Below are positions 38,024 to 50,139 of a stretch of DNA of 64,000 bases, piece after piece. The translations under genes and the position numbers were made by a program. Origin of the DNA: Nageia nagi. Lineage: Eukaryota > Plantae > Pinophyta. A model generated the notes under the pieces. It made no database searches. It was not told where the DNA came from and saw only the letters and a list, made by a program, of their open reading frames with translations. Position 1 is the first letter of the stretch; every line of letters starts with the position of its first letter. The DNA is taken from contig JBITNC010000001.1 in assembly GCA_050084985.1 (NCBI GenBank), positions 121,334,001 through 121,398,000 of the forward strand, given 5' to 3'.

Positions 38024-41000
38024 TTAGTCCTTGTCATCGTCCAGTAGTAATTCTTTCCAAGGCCAAGCTGATTGCTGCTGGAAATTTGTACTAAATTCTA
38101 TTATCATGCATCCAATGCTGTTAATGTCGGGATTACTGTTGTTAATAATAGGTATAGAAGTGCTATGAGATATATCTAGGATTAGATCTGAGAAGCCTAT
38201 TTCATGCTCTTGTCCATCATGACCATTATTGGCTCTGTCGTTAGAGTTGGAGGATCCTTTCTCATTAACTGGATTGTTACAGTTTGTTGCGTGTCCTATA
38301 TGGGCATTAGAACTAAACCCTTCGATCCAATCATCTGAATTATGATCTTCCAGGCTATGGTGATTATGTTCCTCGTTATTTGATCCTTTTGGATCATTTA
38401 ACGACTGGTCACAGTTCAGCTGCTCAGATGTGCAAGCTGAGCAGGGAAAAGAAAGAGGACTGAAGGTTGGCTGGGGATTTGTTTCCCCCCTGAATGACTT
38501 GCCTGCTTTGGAGTTCCAGAGCTTCAAAAAAATATCAGAAGGTGGTTTGGCATTGGAATTGGTGTGATTTGCATTCAACATATAGAGGAGGAGGAGGAGA
38601 GGTGAGCTTTAGCTTCGAGTCTTGCGATTTCCCACTGAGACATGTGCCTCATGTGAGAGCTCTGAGAGCATCCATCCGATGTGGGAGCATGCGTTGAGGG
38701 ATCAAGTCCCATCCTCACCATCTTCTTCTTCAGACGTGTGTTCCAAAAATTCTTCACCTCGTTGTCAGTTCTTCCAGGTAACTGTGCTGCTATAGAAGAC
38801 CACCTGTAAAAACATACATGCAGAAGAAGAGCAGGTAAGTGGGAGTTGGAATGGAAACTATCAAACTATTTAATTGTGGCAAGCGGTGTAGTACTTGTTC
38901 CCTAGGATTGCATGCAGTTGAAGAATAGTCTGTTCTTCTGGAACAAACAGTCTGTGCTTTATATCCGGTCTCAAATAGTTGATCCACCGCAGTCGGCAGC
39001 TCTTCCCGCACAGAAGAAGACCTGTATGTACAAACATATTTACCATAAATAAAGAAGCACAGTTGAGAAATTAGAAACATCAGGCTCACAAGGAGGTGAA
39101 GATTTTGAAGAAAAACAAACAAATAATGCGAAAGCTAGAATAAAAGTAAGGTTAACCATAGGCAGAATTATGCAGTGAGATAAATTGGAGATCAAAATAT
39201 GTGTATTACAGAGAAGTAAAATAAAAAATTATAGGGTTCTTTTGGAGCTTACAGGAAAACATACACAGCTCTTGTGTTCTATGTTTTTTTCTTACTCATA
39301 GGCTATCTAATATTATATGCCTGTTACTTGATCAAAATACAATTAAAATCCAGCATGGCTCCATGCATGCATTCTATCCCTTTCTACATAGAGTAGAGGA
39401 AGTCTATGCCCATGTATGCACAATGTCTGAAACACATTAAATGATTGCAGAAGGTAGATCAACCATTTTATACAAAAATATTAATGACGATTTTCAGAAA
39501 CTAAGGTCAACGGTTAAACATTTAATTTTAGGGCAAAAATCCCTTATATAGACATTTTCACAGTGTAAATCCAGTTCCAATGCAAGAGGGACATGATAGC
39601 ACAATCAGTCCTAGGATCTAAGCTCTAAAATGGTGACATCACTCACTAAAATCGATGGGTGTTACACTACCTACAACTCAGAAGGCAAAAAATAGTTCCC
39701 GATGAACAAATCTCATATGTGTAGGAAATAGTGCCCAGAGAAATAGTTCCTAGAGGCAATAAAGCCTAGAATCAATAAGTCTTGGAGTCTAAAACATCAC
39801 CCAGAGGAAATGAACTACAGTACGGAGTCCGGGAGGTAAGCCTTGCAGTCTCTAAGTCCTAAAGCATAGGATGTAGCAAAGGTCAGAATGGAAATAGAGC
39901 TTGAACATGGAGAAAGTAGCACCCAAACAAGAGTTAATAACATTCAAGAATGGAGTAGAGTAATATAACACTCAAATGTGGAATAATGCCTAGTAGAATG
40001 GAAACTAATGGATTCTACAGTAACACTTGGGAATGCATGGATTATCTCCCAATGATGAAATAGTGCCTGGAGTCTCCCAATATCTCCTGGGAATGGGGAT
40101 TAATATTTTTCAATCACCCCCTTAATCTCCATGACAAAATGAGAAGATTTTCTCTATTGATCAAAAACCACAAATACAAAGAAAACAAAGTTAAATACAT
40201 ATATAATATATATAGAGTCCAACCAATATTCTGAACTAGTCAAGATTTACCAACATTCGCCCCTTGAATGTTGAAGGTCTGGACTCCAAGTTGGCTCTAA
40301 AGATAGCAAAAATGATCCTTGCACAATGGCTTTGTAAAGATGTCTACAAGCTAAGCATTAGTAAGACAATGATCAAATTGGATAAAGCCATCATCAACCA
40401 AATCTTTCATAAAGTAATGGTGTATATCAATGTTGTCCTACTGTGAAATATATGGCTCTTGATCATGGCAATTGTGCTAAGATTGTCATAGTGCACTGAA
40501 ATGGGGAGCTCATCCATGCTTAAGTCTTCAAAAATATGGGCAAGCCAAATAGTTTAGGTGCAAGTGGCGAAGGAAGCAATATACTCAGCTCTAATAGGAA
40601 GAACCTTGATGAGAACACAAAATAACATAAGTAGTTAAACTACCCTGCAACTCTGAAGAAGAAGAACTAGGAGTTGATGAAGAGTGCTCTCAACCCTTCA
40701 TTCTCAACTTTCCTTGGAAAGCTTGGTCCAAAGACTCAAGTCTATCACTAATTTTATACTCATAGGTAGTTAAACTACCTTGCAACATCGCAAGTGTGAG
40801 TTGGGATAGGTCCTTGGTTTCTTCAATGGCAATGGTAATGGGATCAAATCTTCTGGGCAAACTCTAGAGCATTTTTTCCATAACTCTGGTGTCTCTTCAC
40901 CATGTGAATGGAGAGCATTTACAAGATCTTGGATCTTAAAAAAGAAGAAACTTATATTCTCTTCCTCTCTCATATGGAGAGATTCAAACTACTTTCTTAA

Positions 41001-42526
41001 AATTTGGATCTTTGCCACACAGACCTTAACTGATCATTTGTATGCAATCTCCAAGATCTCCCATGCTTCCTTAGAAGTTTTACACTACAATTTTTGGGAA
41101 GATGGACACATCTATCCCAGACTGGATGGCAAACAGTGCCTTGGCATCCTTCTTGTGGTTCTCCAACACTTCTTTCTTCTCATCTGTAGTCATGGCTGCA
41201 AAGATGGCTTCATCTGAGTGGGTAAAACCTTGGGAAACAAATGTCCACAAGTCTTGTGAGATAAGAAATGTCTTATTAGTACTCGTAATGGTCTCCACTA
41301 AAAATGGGAATATGTAACTATAATGAATTTCCTAGCTTGAAATCCATTTAACCCAATAAATCTTCTCACTCCGATATCAATTGAAAATTTTGAAGAAAAA
41401 TAAACAAATAATGTGAAAGCGAGAATACAATAAAGGCTAACCACAGACGGAATAGTTCCTGAAGTCAATAAAACCCAAAATCAATAAATCCCAGTCTAAA
41501 ACATCACTCGGAGGAAATGAACTACAGCCCGAAGTTCGAGAGGCAAGCCTCGTAGTCTCTAAATCTCGGAGCGCGGAATGTAGCAGAGACCAGAATAGAA
41601 ATAGAGCCTGACGTGGAGAAAGCAACACCCAGATAAGAGTTAATAACACCCGAGAATGAAGCATAGGAATTTAACACCCCAATGTGGAACAACGCCCGGT
41701 AGAATGGAAACTGATGGAGTCTACAATAACACCTGAGAATACGTGAATTATCTCCCGAAGATGAAATAGTGCCCGGAATCTCCCAATATCTTCGGAGAAT
41801 AGGGATTAATATTTTTCAGGAGAGACAAGGAATGTAACAGATTAACAAATAAATTAATAGTTTACAAATTTCAATTGTTCAACAGAATCACTAATTTATC
41901 AGAAAATAGAGTATTCAGTTTGTTTGTGAATACGATTACAATTGCGCTCTCTTTTAACTCCAATAGTCTTAATTTTCTTTTGACGCGCATAGTATCCATT
42001 CTAAAGCATGTAATCTCTGTTCGAAGCTAACCAATCAATGAATGTTCTTGAAATTTCTAAAAATAATTCTAAATGTCGGATGTTCAAAAATGTTTAGCGA
42101 GATTTGGATTCGTAATCATTTAGTTTGTAGTTCAATATTCTAACCATTATACCATCTAACATTTCATCCAAGCCATTCAACCTAGAAAGTTTTTATTTGC
42201 TTCTCATAATTAATTCTTGAATCAATGCCTCCAAGAACATTAGTTGAATCAATGTTTGAAGGGCATTCATTGAATCAATATCAGCTTAAACATTCGTTGA
42301 ATTAATACCTCTGCTAAAAACGCCTAAAGAAACCATTTCACGAGTTATGAAACAAAAAGATCAAAAAAAAAATCTGATACACATTGTAAACTAGAGGAAC
42401 TGGAGATATAGGCGTGCCAGCTCCCATGCCCCTTTTTCTGAATGTATTGGACAAGAATTCTATGCTCATCGGGCGTCCATGCCCCTTTCTTCAGCCCACT
42501 TTCTGACAGCAAGGGACTCTTCCCAT
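38024..42526 (-). pseudogene. R2R3-MYB subgroup 9 (MYB17-like) pseudogene; exons ~42526-42410, 39021-38895, 38803-38024
   Basis: Exon 1 reads MGRVPCCQKVG(frameshift)LKKGAWTPDEHRILVQYIQKKGHGSW with its 3' end and donor lost. Exon 2 is [22 protein letters not shown] with AG/GT. Exon 3 is [44 protein letters not shown] (subgroup-9 AQWESARLEAE-like), then a frameshift, then SDIFLKLWNS (MYB17-type motif). Confidence 0.92.
39097..41818 (-). mobile_element. Internally deleted Copia element in MYB intron 1
   Basis: LTRs 41382-41818 and 39097-40112, both TG..CA; TSD-like flanks GGAGG/GGAGA; decayed PBS 41368-41379; PPT 40115-40124. Gag N-terminus (IPIFSGDHY..TFLISQDLW..DAKALFAIQ..KEAWEIL) is joined to an RNase H tail (AEYIA..YDNLSTIAM). 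Confidence 0.88.
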
Positions 42527-45049
42527 CATGTGCTTGCCTGCTCGTTATTTAATAAGCAGGAAAACTAGCAGAGCCAGTCGTGCCTTAATAACGTTAGATG
42601 GCTTGGAATTTAACTTTGAGAGTCTGAACACACAAAAACTGGAGTGCAGAGTGAATGGTATTTCTTCTAATTCTGCCGCTGTGGTGTCCATGTGAAGAAT
42701 GGTATACAGGAATCATAACTTGACATGGCGTTTTTGCATTAAATGGCCAGACTGATTGAAAGGCAAAAAACAGTTCTAAGTGAAAGGCAAAGAACAGTTC
42801 TACGTGTTCCATCCCACGGTCGCCTTTGGGTTTTTGTTCTGTATACTGCTCATAAAAGGAATGGCCCACTGAACGCAAGTCCAAGGCCACAACTTCCTCG
42901 TGGAAATGATGGAATTCCAGTTGGAAGGATAGGCCTTTCGTTGTGAGTTAGTAAAACCTGCATAAGAGGGTAGCCTGCAAGTACGAGACTATCAATATAG
43001 ATATTTAGATTCGTTCGAATGAAGTGAATTAGGTGCCGCCAATGATGATGTGTAACTTCATTATTGATTGTTGAGATGACTTATCAGTAAAATTTATATT
43101 TACAAAAAATATCAATTGCAGTCGGCACGAAAACAATTTATAACAGAATTTATTAATTTAATTATGTTTTAATTTCTTTTTAATGATTTTAGGGAAAAAA
43201 TTTCTTCTATTGGAAGACTATTTTTTTCTATTGATTCTTTATGAGTTCTAAACTTATTTGATGTTCCTTAGAGTTTATTAAAGTTTAAAATATATAGAAG
43301 GAAAAAATCAAACTAAAACACAAAGTAGAATATTGATATACTATTAAATGCAATTTTAATAATTTGAATGTAGTTAATAATTATGATAGATAATCATATG
43401 TCTTTTCTATATTTGGTATTTTAGTGTCATCATATCATATTATAAAATAATATAATCCTTCTAATTTTACCTATCTTTCTACTATCAACTTACTTAATTA
43501 TCATCTTTTTCATGACTAAGGTTTCATGGTCCTTTATTTTACCTTGTTTTCCTATCTTTCTAAAGTTAGGACTATAACAAATAAAATATGAAGATTTATT
43601 CTATCTAATATGAAAGGATCATGTGAAGAAAATAGAAACATCTTTAGAGTGAGGATTTTGGGGATAGTTCTCATGCTTAGCTATTTAGAGTATCACCATT
43701 AGGAAGTTCATGAAAAGGGATTCCCAATGAATGGTTACATAACCCCTTTTCCTCAAGGAATGATCCATTGGTGGATGTTATAAGGTTTTAGTAAAAAATT
43801 GCAATTGTTGACTTGTTACGTGAAATAACAATTATCAGCTCATATAATCATTAGATGGTCTAATATGAGTATCTTTCCATCCCCGAAAAAAGAGGAGTCT
43901 TATTTTAAGGCATAGGAAAAGTAAGGAGGTAGTCCTAGTTTTGAGCATGGGTGCCCCTGCCCCCTACAAAGGTAAGTTAGTTATCTACAAATGAATGGAT
44001 TGGTGGTAGTTGGTTCATTTCCTGGTCCATTCCTCTAGATCCAGTTTACACACCCTTTAGGGATGACTCTAGTTACTAATGAAAGAGATTAAGGATTTGG
44101 GTCAAAATGAAACAATCAACCCAACCATTGGGAGCTTGCCAATTCAAGTGCTTCCTCAACATTCCAATATTTTGGCTTATACATACAATTCAAGCATTAG
44201 AATATTCACATTACGTATTCCCATTACGTACATAACAACAATGCATGTTGGAGGGCACTCAACACTCAATATGATAATCTGTAATTGTTAGCTTGATACA
44301 AAAAAATCAATTATTGATCTAGTACAAGAATCCACATATCATCTCTATACAAGAATTAATAATTATATACTTAGTACAAGATTCTATAATTATAAACTTG
44401 GTACAAGAATCAACACTTGTTGGTTCAATACAAGAATTTGTAGATGTTGGTCCGATATAAGAATGAAAAATTATCAGTCCAATTGCATGAGATACCTTAC
44501 TATAAATTGGCCATAAATTTTGATACAAAGTTTTGATCGTGGCATATAATATTCCATTGGAAAGCTCTTGAAAAGATTTATCCAATAAGATGGAGTAAAT
44601 CTTAAGAGTCATTAGAAGGTGGAAGGTCAAACGATGCAAAGATGAAAGTCTAAAAGTATAAGTAGTAATAAGGTCAAGCATCATTTGGACATCTATAAGT
44701 ATTAAGTTTGCCCTCATTTTGAGAAAAATGAAGAAAAAATTACAAAGCTAGTGATAGAAGTTAGTCTAAACTTAATAAAAATTAATAGGACTTATTATGT
44801 GCATTTGATCTATCAATTATAGAGATAGTAATTATAAATCACAAGGTATCAAACCATATTCTTTATTGAGGCTTGTATATGTAAAGGTGTAGATCAAAAA
44901 ATTTGAAGCTAGTTCTATATAATCATGAATTTGGTAGAATCTTGAGAAATACTAATATGGCTTATGCGTAACAACCACAATGGATACATTCGAAGTGGAT
45001 CTTGAAAGTAGAATTTTAAAGATGAAGAGAAATCTCAATTAGCTCATGG

Positions 45050-47910
45050 TGTTGCTACATGTAAAATCCCCTAGATAGAAATAAGCTTAGAGACCATCAA
45101 AGTAGACCCAATATGGTATAGGCCCTACCTTTTTCATATCTTTTAAAGTAGAGAAAAAAGCTAACATTTCTATTTTTGCAAGGGTAGTTAACATGGACAA
45201 TTTAAAGAGATGATTAAAGGGGTTATGGATATATTTCCATTCTCAAGGTGTGACTAAGGATAAATAGAAGTAAAATTAAGAAGTTATATATGACTTTAGA
45301 AGAGAGCAATATGGAAAATCCTAATAAAAAAAACAACCATATATTTTATTCTAAGGAGAATTCAATGACCTTCTTAAAGATTAGTTTTATCCCCTTATTC
45401 ACTATTATTAGTAATTAATGAAGTTTTAATTCTTTAGGTAAGGGATAGGTATTGCAAGAGTATATAATTGGATTCAAGCAATAAGCTATATTACTATGTA
45501 TCTCTAATGGACTCACAAGTTTTGATGACATATATTTCAGGATTTCATGGCTACTTAAGGGAAACATTGATTATTCCTAATCCTATTCATATTTATCAAG
45601 TGAATATTGAAGGACAATACTTTGAGAAACATGGAAAGTAAAGGCAAAATAATGGAAAATATATGAAGAATCAATAGGGTATAAATAAGGAACAATCAAA
45701 GAAAGATAAAGTGTAAGAAAAAACCTAAATAAGCAATACAATATCCACTAAACAAAAATGAAATTAAAATGCATTTTAATCACTATAATAAGAATGATCA
45801 TATTGATGAGAAATGATAGAATATTTAGCCAAACTTTGCTCCATATGGAAAGAAGTAGAATAACTAGTAACAAAAAGTTAAAATTGTCACTAAAAGTAAG
45901 GAAATTGATGACAATTATGAGCTAGATGAAATAATTTGTGTCATAATCAAGTAGCTATAAACTTTAAGGAAAAAGAGTGTAACAAGGAGAGGAGGATAAA
46001 AGTCTTCCATATTAAGATTTAGTCAAAGAAGATGCAAATTAATTCACTATTTATTTGAGATTACAAGCCAACCTTCTTATTTAAGACTTGGTGAAGAAGT
46101 TAGGATTGAGTACTCATAACCAACCTCACTCATATCCTCTAAATTGGGTGCACATTCATTCCAATATGTAGGTGATACTAGAATATAAGTTAAAATTCAT
46201 CATTAATACATGTAAATTAATATGTGATTTGATTAAGTCTATTAAATATTTGTGGTGTTATTTTAGTAAATGCATATTTATATTATTTAACAAAGATGTA
46301 TTTATTATAGAATACAAAATTAATATAGTCTAATCAAATAAAATTCTTTCGATGATAACCTACTAAGAAAAGAGACTCATTGATGTTAGTGAGAGGTTTT
46401 TAAGAATTATAGTGCTCAAACCTTCAAAAAAAGGGAAATATAACTAAATTTAATAGAGTTTCCAATTGGAAATAGTAACCCACCAAATGAATTTATTAGT
46501 GAAAGAGTTTTAAGAGATTTTTGTAGAGCCTATGGGGTTCCTATGTAGAAGGGAGATTGAGCACAAAATTCAATTCTTACTTGATGCTCTTATACTAATA
46601 TAGTATATTGTATGTACAATCTATAATTGAAAATAAAAAGATTAAAAAATATATATGAGAAATCCTAGATCAAGGAGTTATTTTTCTAAGTACATTTGCA
46701 TGTGATTAACTTATTATGTTTGTGCCAAAGAAGGATGAGACTTGGAGAATATGTATGTAATACCATATGCTAAATAAGATTAATATCAATAATAGGTATG
46801 GATTTCCTTGGATTGATGATTTGGTGGATTAGTTACAATTGGTAAAATATTTGACTAAGTTAGACCTTAGAAGTGGATATCACCAAATTCTAATAAAGGA
46901 GGAAGACACATGAAAAATAACATTGAAAATTAGGAAAAAATTATATCAGTAATTGGTACTTCCATTTGATTTATGCAATGCACTTGCCATAATATTCATG
47001 AAGGTAATGAATGATATTTTAAAATATTTTATTGATTAATTTGTTGTTATTTATTTGATGATACCCTAGTTTATAACTAATATATTGTAGGAGAAAAAAC
47101 TAAGTCATTTAAAATAAGTGTTACATACTCTACAAACAAAAGAAGTTGTTAAAAATATAGATATGTGATTTTGGATAGCAATCTTTAGTATACTTAGGGC
47201 ATTTTGTATGTACATAATAGTTTAAAATTGGCCTAAGCAATTTAAATTCATTATAAGTGGCCAAGACTAAGCAATATCATATAGATAAGGAGTTTCTTAA
47301 GGCTATCTAATACATTAGAATATTCATTCTTATTTTTTTAAGTCATTACTTTACCATTGCATGATATCACTAGTATGAAGAAGTTATTCTTATGTGGAAA
47401 GAAGAAATTACAATCAAATTTTGATATATTGAAGTAAAAATCAATAATACTAAATTATTGATACTACATAATTTACAACAACAATTTCATATTGAAATAG
47501 ATGTAAGTGAGTCTATTGTATGGTAGTTTTCATTCAAGGAGGAAGACCCATTTATTACCATTTTGAGAAATTCAATGGGATAGTTATAAATTATCCATAA
47601 AACAAAAAGGTGTTATTTACATTATTCCAAGAAATGAAAATATAGAAGCATTATATGTCAGGGAAGGAGATCATTATCCATATTGAATCATCAACCTCAA
47701 CATTATTTGTAGACTTAGTCCAAATTACAACAAGTAATACATTTTAGATTGATGGGGTTTTTATAGTAGTTTGATTTAATTATCAAGTATTAAAAGGGCA
47801 TCACTAATACAATTACATATATGCTATGAAGATCACCCATTAAAGTTCTAGTTATGGGTACTATCATGGATATTTTTTCTTTTATGCATGAAGCGTACAA
47901 GAAGGCAAAC
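45050..47910 (+). mobile_element. Heavily decayed Ty3/Gypsy gag-pol (RT and RNase H recognisable)
   Basis: ~46720-46910 reads VPKKDETWRIC..LNKININNRYGFPWIDDL..LTKLDLRSGYHQI; FHIEIDVSE (RNase H) at ~47490. No integrase seen. Confidence 0.8.
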
Positions 47911-47913
47911 ATT

Positions 47914-48932
47914 TGTTAAAGATGGACCTTGATTATTTGGCTAAGTATATAAAAAAACTCTTTATTCTACAATTGGTATATATATGATTGACTAAGAAAG
48001 TTAGTCAATTGGCTAGTGATTGATCATATAAATAGATCGATGGACTTGACTAATCAGTTTGTTGGTAAGTGACCAAAAATATAATCATTTTGTTAGTGGT
48101 TGATCATAAAACAAAGGTACAATATTTCTATTTTGAGTATCCAAACTTGGTATTTGGCTATTCTAGACTTGAGAACTAGATGTTGCATATTGTGGTATTT
48201 TTTATTATTATAAGATTACTCCATTAGAGAGTAGGAAAATATAAAAGCATAAGTGTATAAGTATATTTGGAGATTTGTATAATTAATAGTGATAAAAAGT
48301 GTTAATTTATGAGAGACCATTGTGATAAATATTTGTAAAAATAAAGATGAAGGTAAAACATTATTAGTTATATGTTTTCTCCCTTCATGGCTAAGATTGA
48401 TAATACCAAGAACTAAATATTTTTCTATGGACACAACCCATATTAGGTAAATCATGTTACATATTTATCTTCTTTTATGTATATGATTTTATTATTAATT
48501 ATTCTTTTATAAGCAAACTAGATTAATTTTTTTAAATTATATTTTTATGAAGTAGATCCTAACAACTAGTATAAAATTGTTTATTTTTTGGGGTAGTGAA
48601 AATAAAGAAGGGTTTTCAGATTGAGTGGGAGCAATGGTAGAAGAAGGGAAATTCTAGGTTGATAAATTCAATGGCCAAAATTTTTAACATTTTAATATTT
48701 AAATGGAGTATTATTTATATCGAAAGGATATATCTCTACCACTGGGTGGTAAGATAAATAATTGTTAGATATGTCAGATGATGAGTGGGAACTTCTCAAT
48801 ATAAAGGCATTGGGAATGATATAATTATGCCTACTAGTCATGATTGCATTCAATATCTCTAAAAAATATGATAACTAAAGACCTCATGGAGAATTTGGCC
48901 ATGTTGTATGAAAAACCCTCAACTTCAAATAA
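47914..48932 (+). mobile_element. Copia 5' fragment: putative LTR (47914-48564) plus gag start
   Basis: TGTTA..TAACA boundaries and a decayed PBS, then MVEEGKF*VDKFNGQNF..MSDDEWELL..KALGMI*LCL..LYEKPSTSNK (Tnt1/Tork-type gag). Confidence 0.7.
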
Positions 48933-49756
48933 AATCACTAGACAAAAAGGTCTTTGGTGGTGGCCAATTTCAAACAACTTTGTCGAGGTAGGTGTAAGTT
49001 TTCATATATGTGATTTTGGTTGTAGGTTTAATATGGAGGTTTTAACCCTCCACAATAAATCATAATAAGAAGGCACTAAATTGACCCTTAATATCACCCA
49101 AATAAAATAAAAATAAAAACTCCATGTGGAAACCTTACATGGGCTATTTTCATTTTCGAGGGGTAGACCTAAAATTATCATAATTTTTGGAGGAGATGGG
49201 AGGAGAGGAGAGATAGGATAGGAGGAGAGTAGGAGAGGGATGAGAGTGAGGAGAGGATTTGTATAAAAGTAGAGGTAGAGGAAAGGAGAGGATAATTTGA
49301 TGAGGCTTGGCAATAAAGGGAAAAGTAAATTCTTCTATATTTTACATACATATCTTAGATATTTTGTTCAAAAATTAGTTTGGGTACATATGATGGGATC
49401 ATTGATGACCATAAAACTATGTTTTCTTCATGCATATTAAAAATAAAATTCAAGCCTTATAGCCTAGATAGTATATAATATACTAGATAGTCTCCGTTTA
49501 TAGCCTAGATAGTCTCTGATATACCTTTTGGTATGTGGAGTCCAATTTTGTGTAGGGTTCTATCTAAGGCTTGGGTATTGGTTTAGAGTTTTTTGCACCT
49601 TACTTCACACATAGCTTTATGGACAAGTGTGCTTAGCCAAAAATAATAGATCCTCTTAGATATTTCAAAACCCCCGATATAGGGTTTCTAGCTTAGACTT
49701 ATAAGAAAAAGAAAAAAAAATTGTGTGTTTTCCTATAGTAGAATGGCCCTAGAAAG

Positions 49757-50135
49757 AGCTTTGATACCAAATGTTACAATGCTATAATTATAAAAAAAAG
49801 TGAGTATTACATAAATGAAATGAATATTGATTTGAAATAGGAAAATGATAATTATCTAAGGAAATAACAGAGTATGTATTGATAAATAGAACATGAAATA
49901 GTAGATAAGGATAGGATTTTACTTAACAAAATCATAGGTCACTTTGAGGGGGCTACCTCCTTACAAGTCCAAAAGTGAAAAGTAGTGTTCTAGATACATT
50001 TTGCTGACAATTCTATCTATTTATAATAAACTAACCCTAACCCTAATAGTAATGCAAAATTAGGCCCTACCCTTAAATCACAATATTACAATTTACAATA
50101 TAGGTTGACAATTAAATAAAAGACTAATACTAACA
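49757..50135 (-). mobile_element. LTR plus PBS fragment
   Basis: gctttgatacca (minus-strand Met PBS) at 49758-49769 next to TGTTA..TAACA (49772-50135). Confidence 0.6.
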
Positions 50136-50139
50136 CTAA

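Noticed and set aside
38790-39122. 110-aa ORF as an independent gene
   Set aside because: Off-frame read through MYB exon 2 and adjacent introns.
44286-44973. TGTTA..TAACA segment with ~30-bp gtacaagaat repeats as a solo LTR
   Set aside because: Flanks (gtaat/accac) give no TSD; probably TE-derived but boundaries unsupported.
50030-50047. Telomere-like ctaaccctaaccctaa
   Set aside because: Only about two units, inside an LTR fragment; not an interstitial telomere array.
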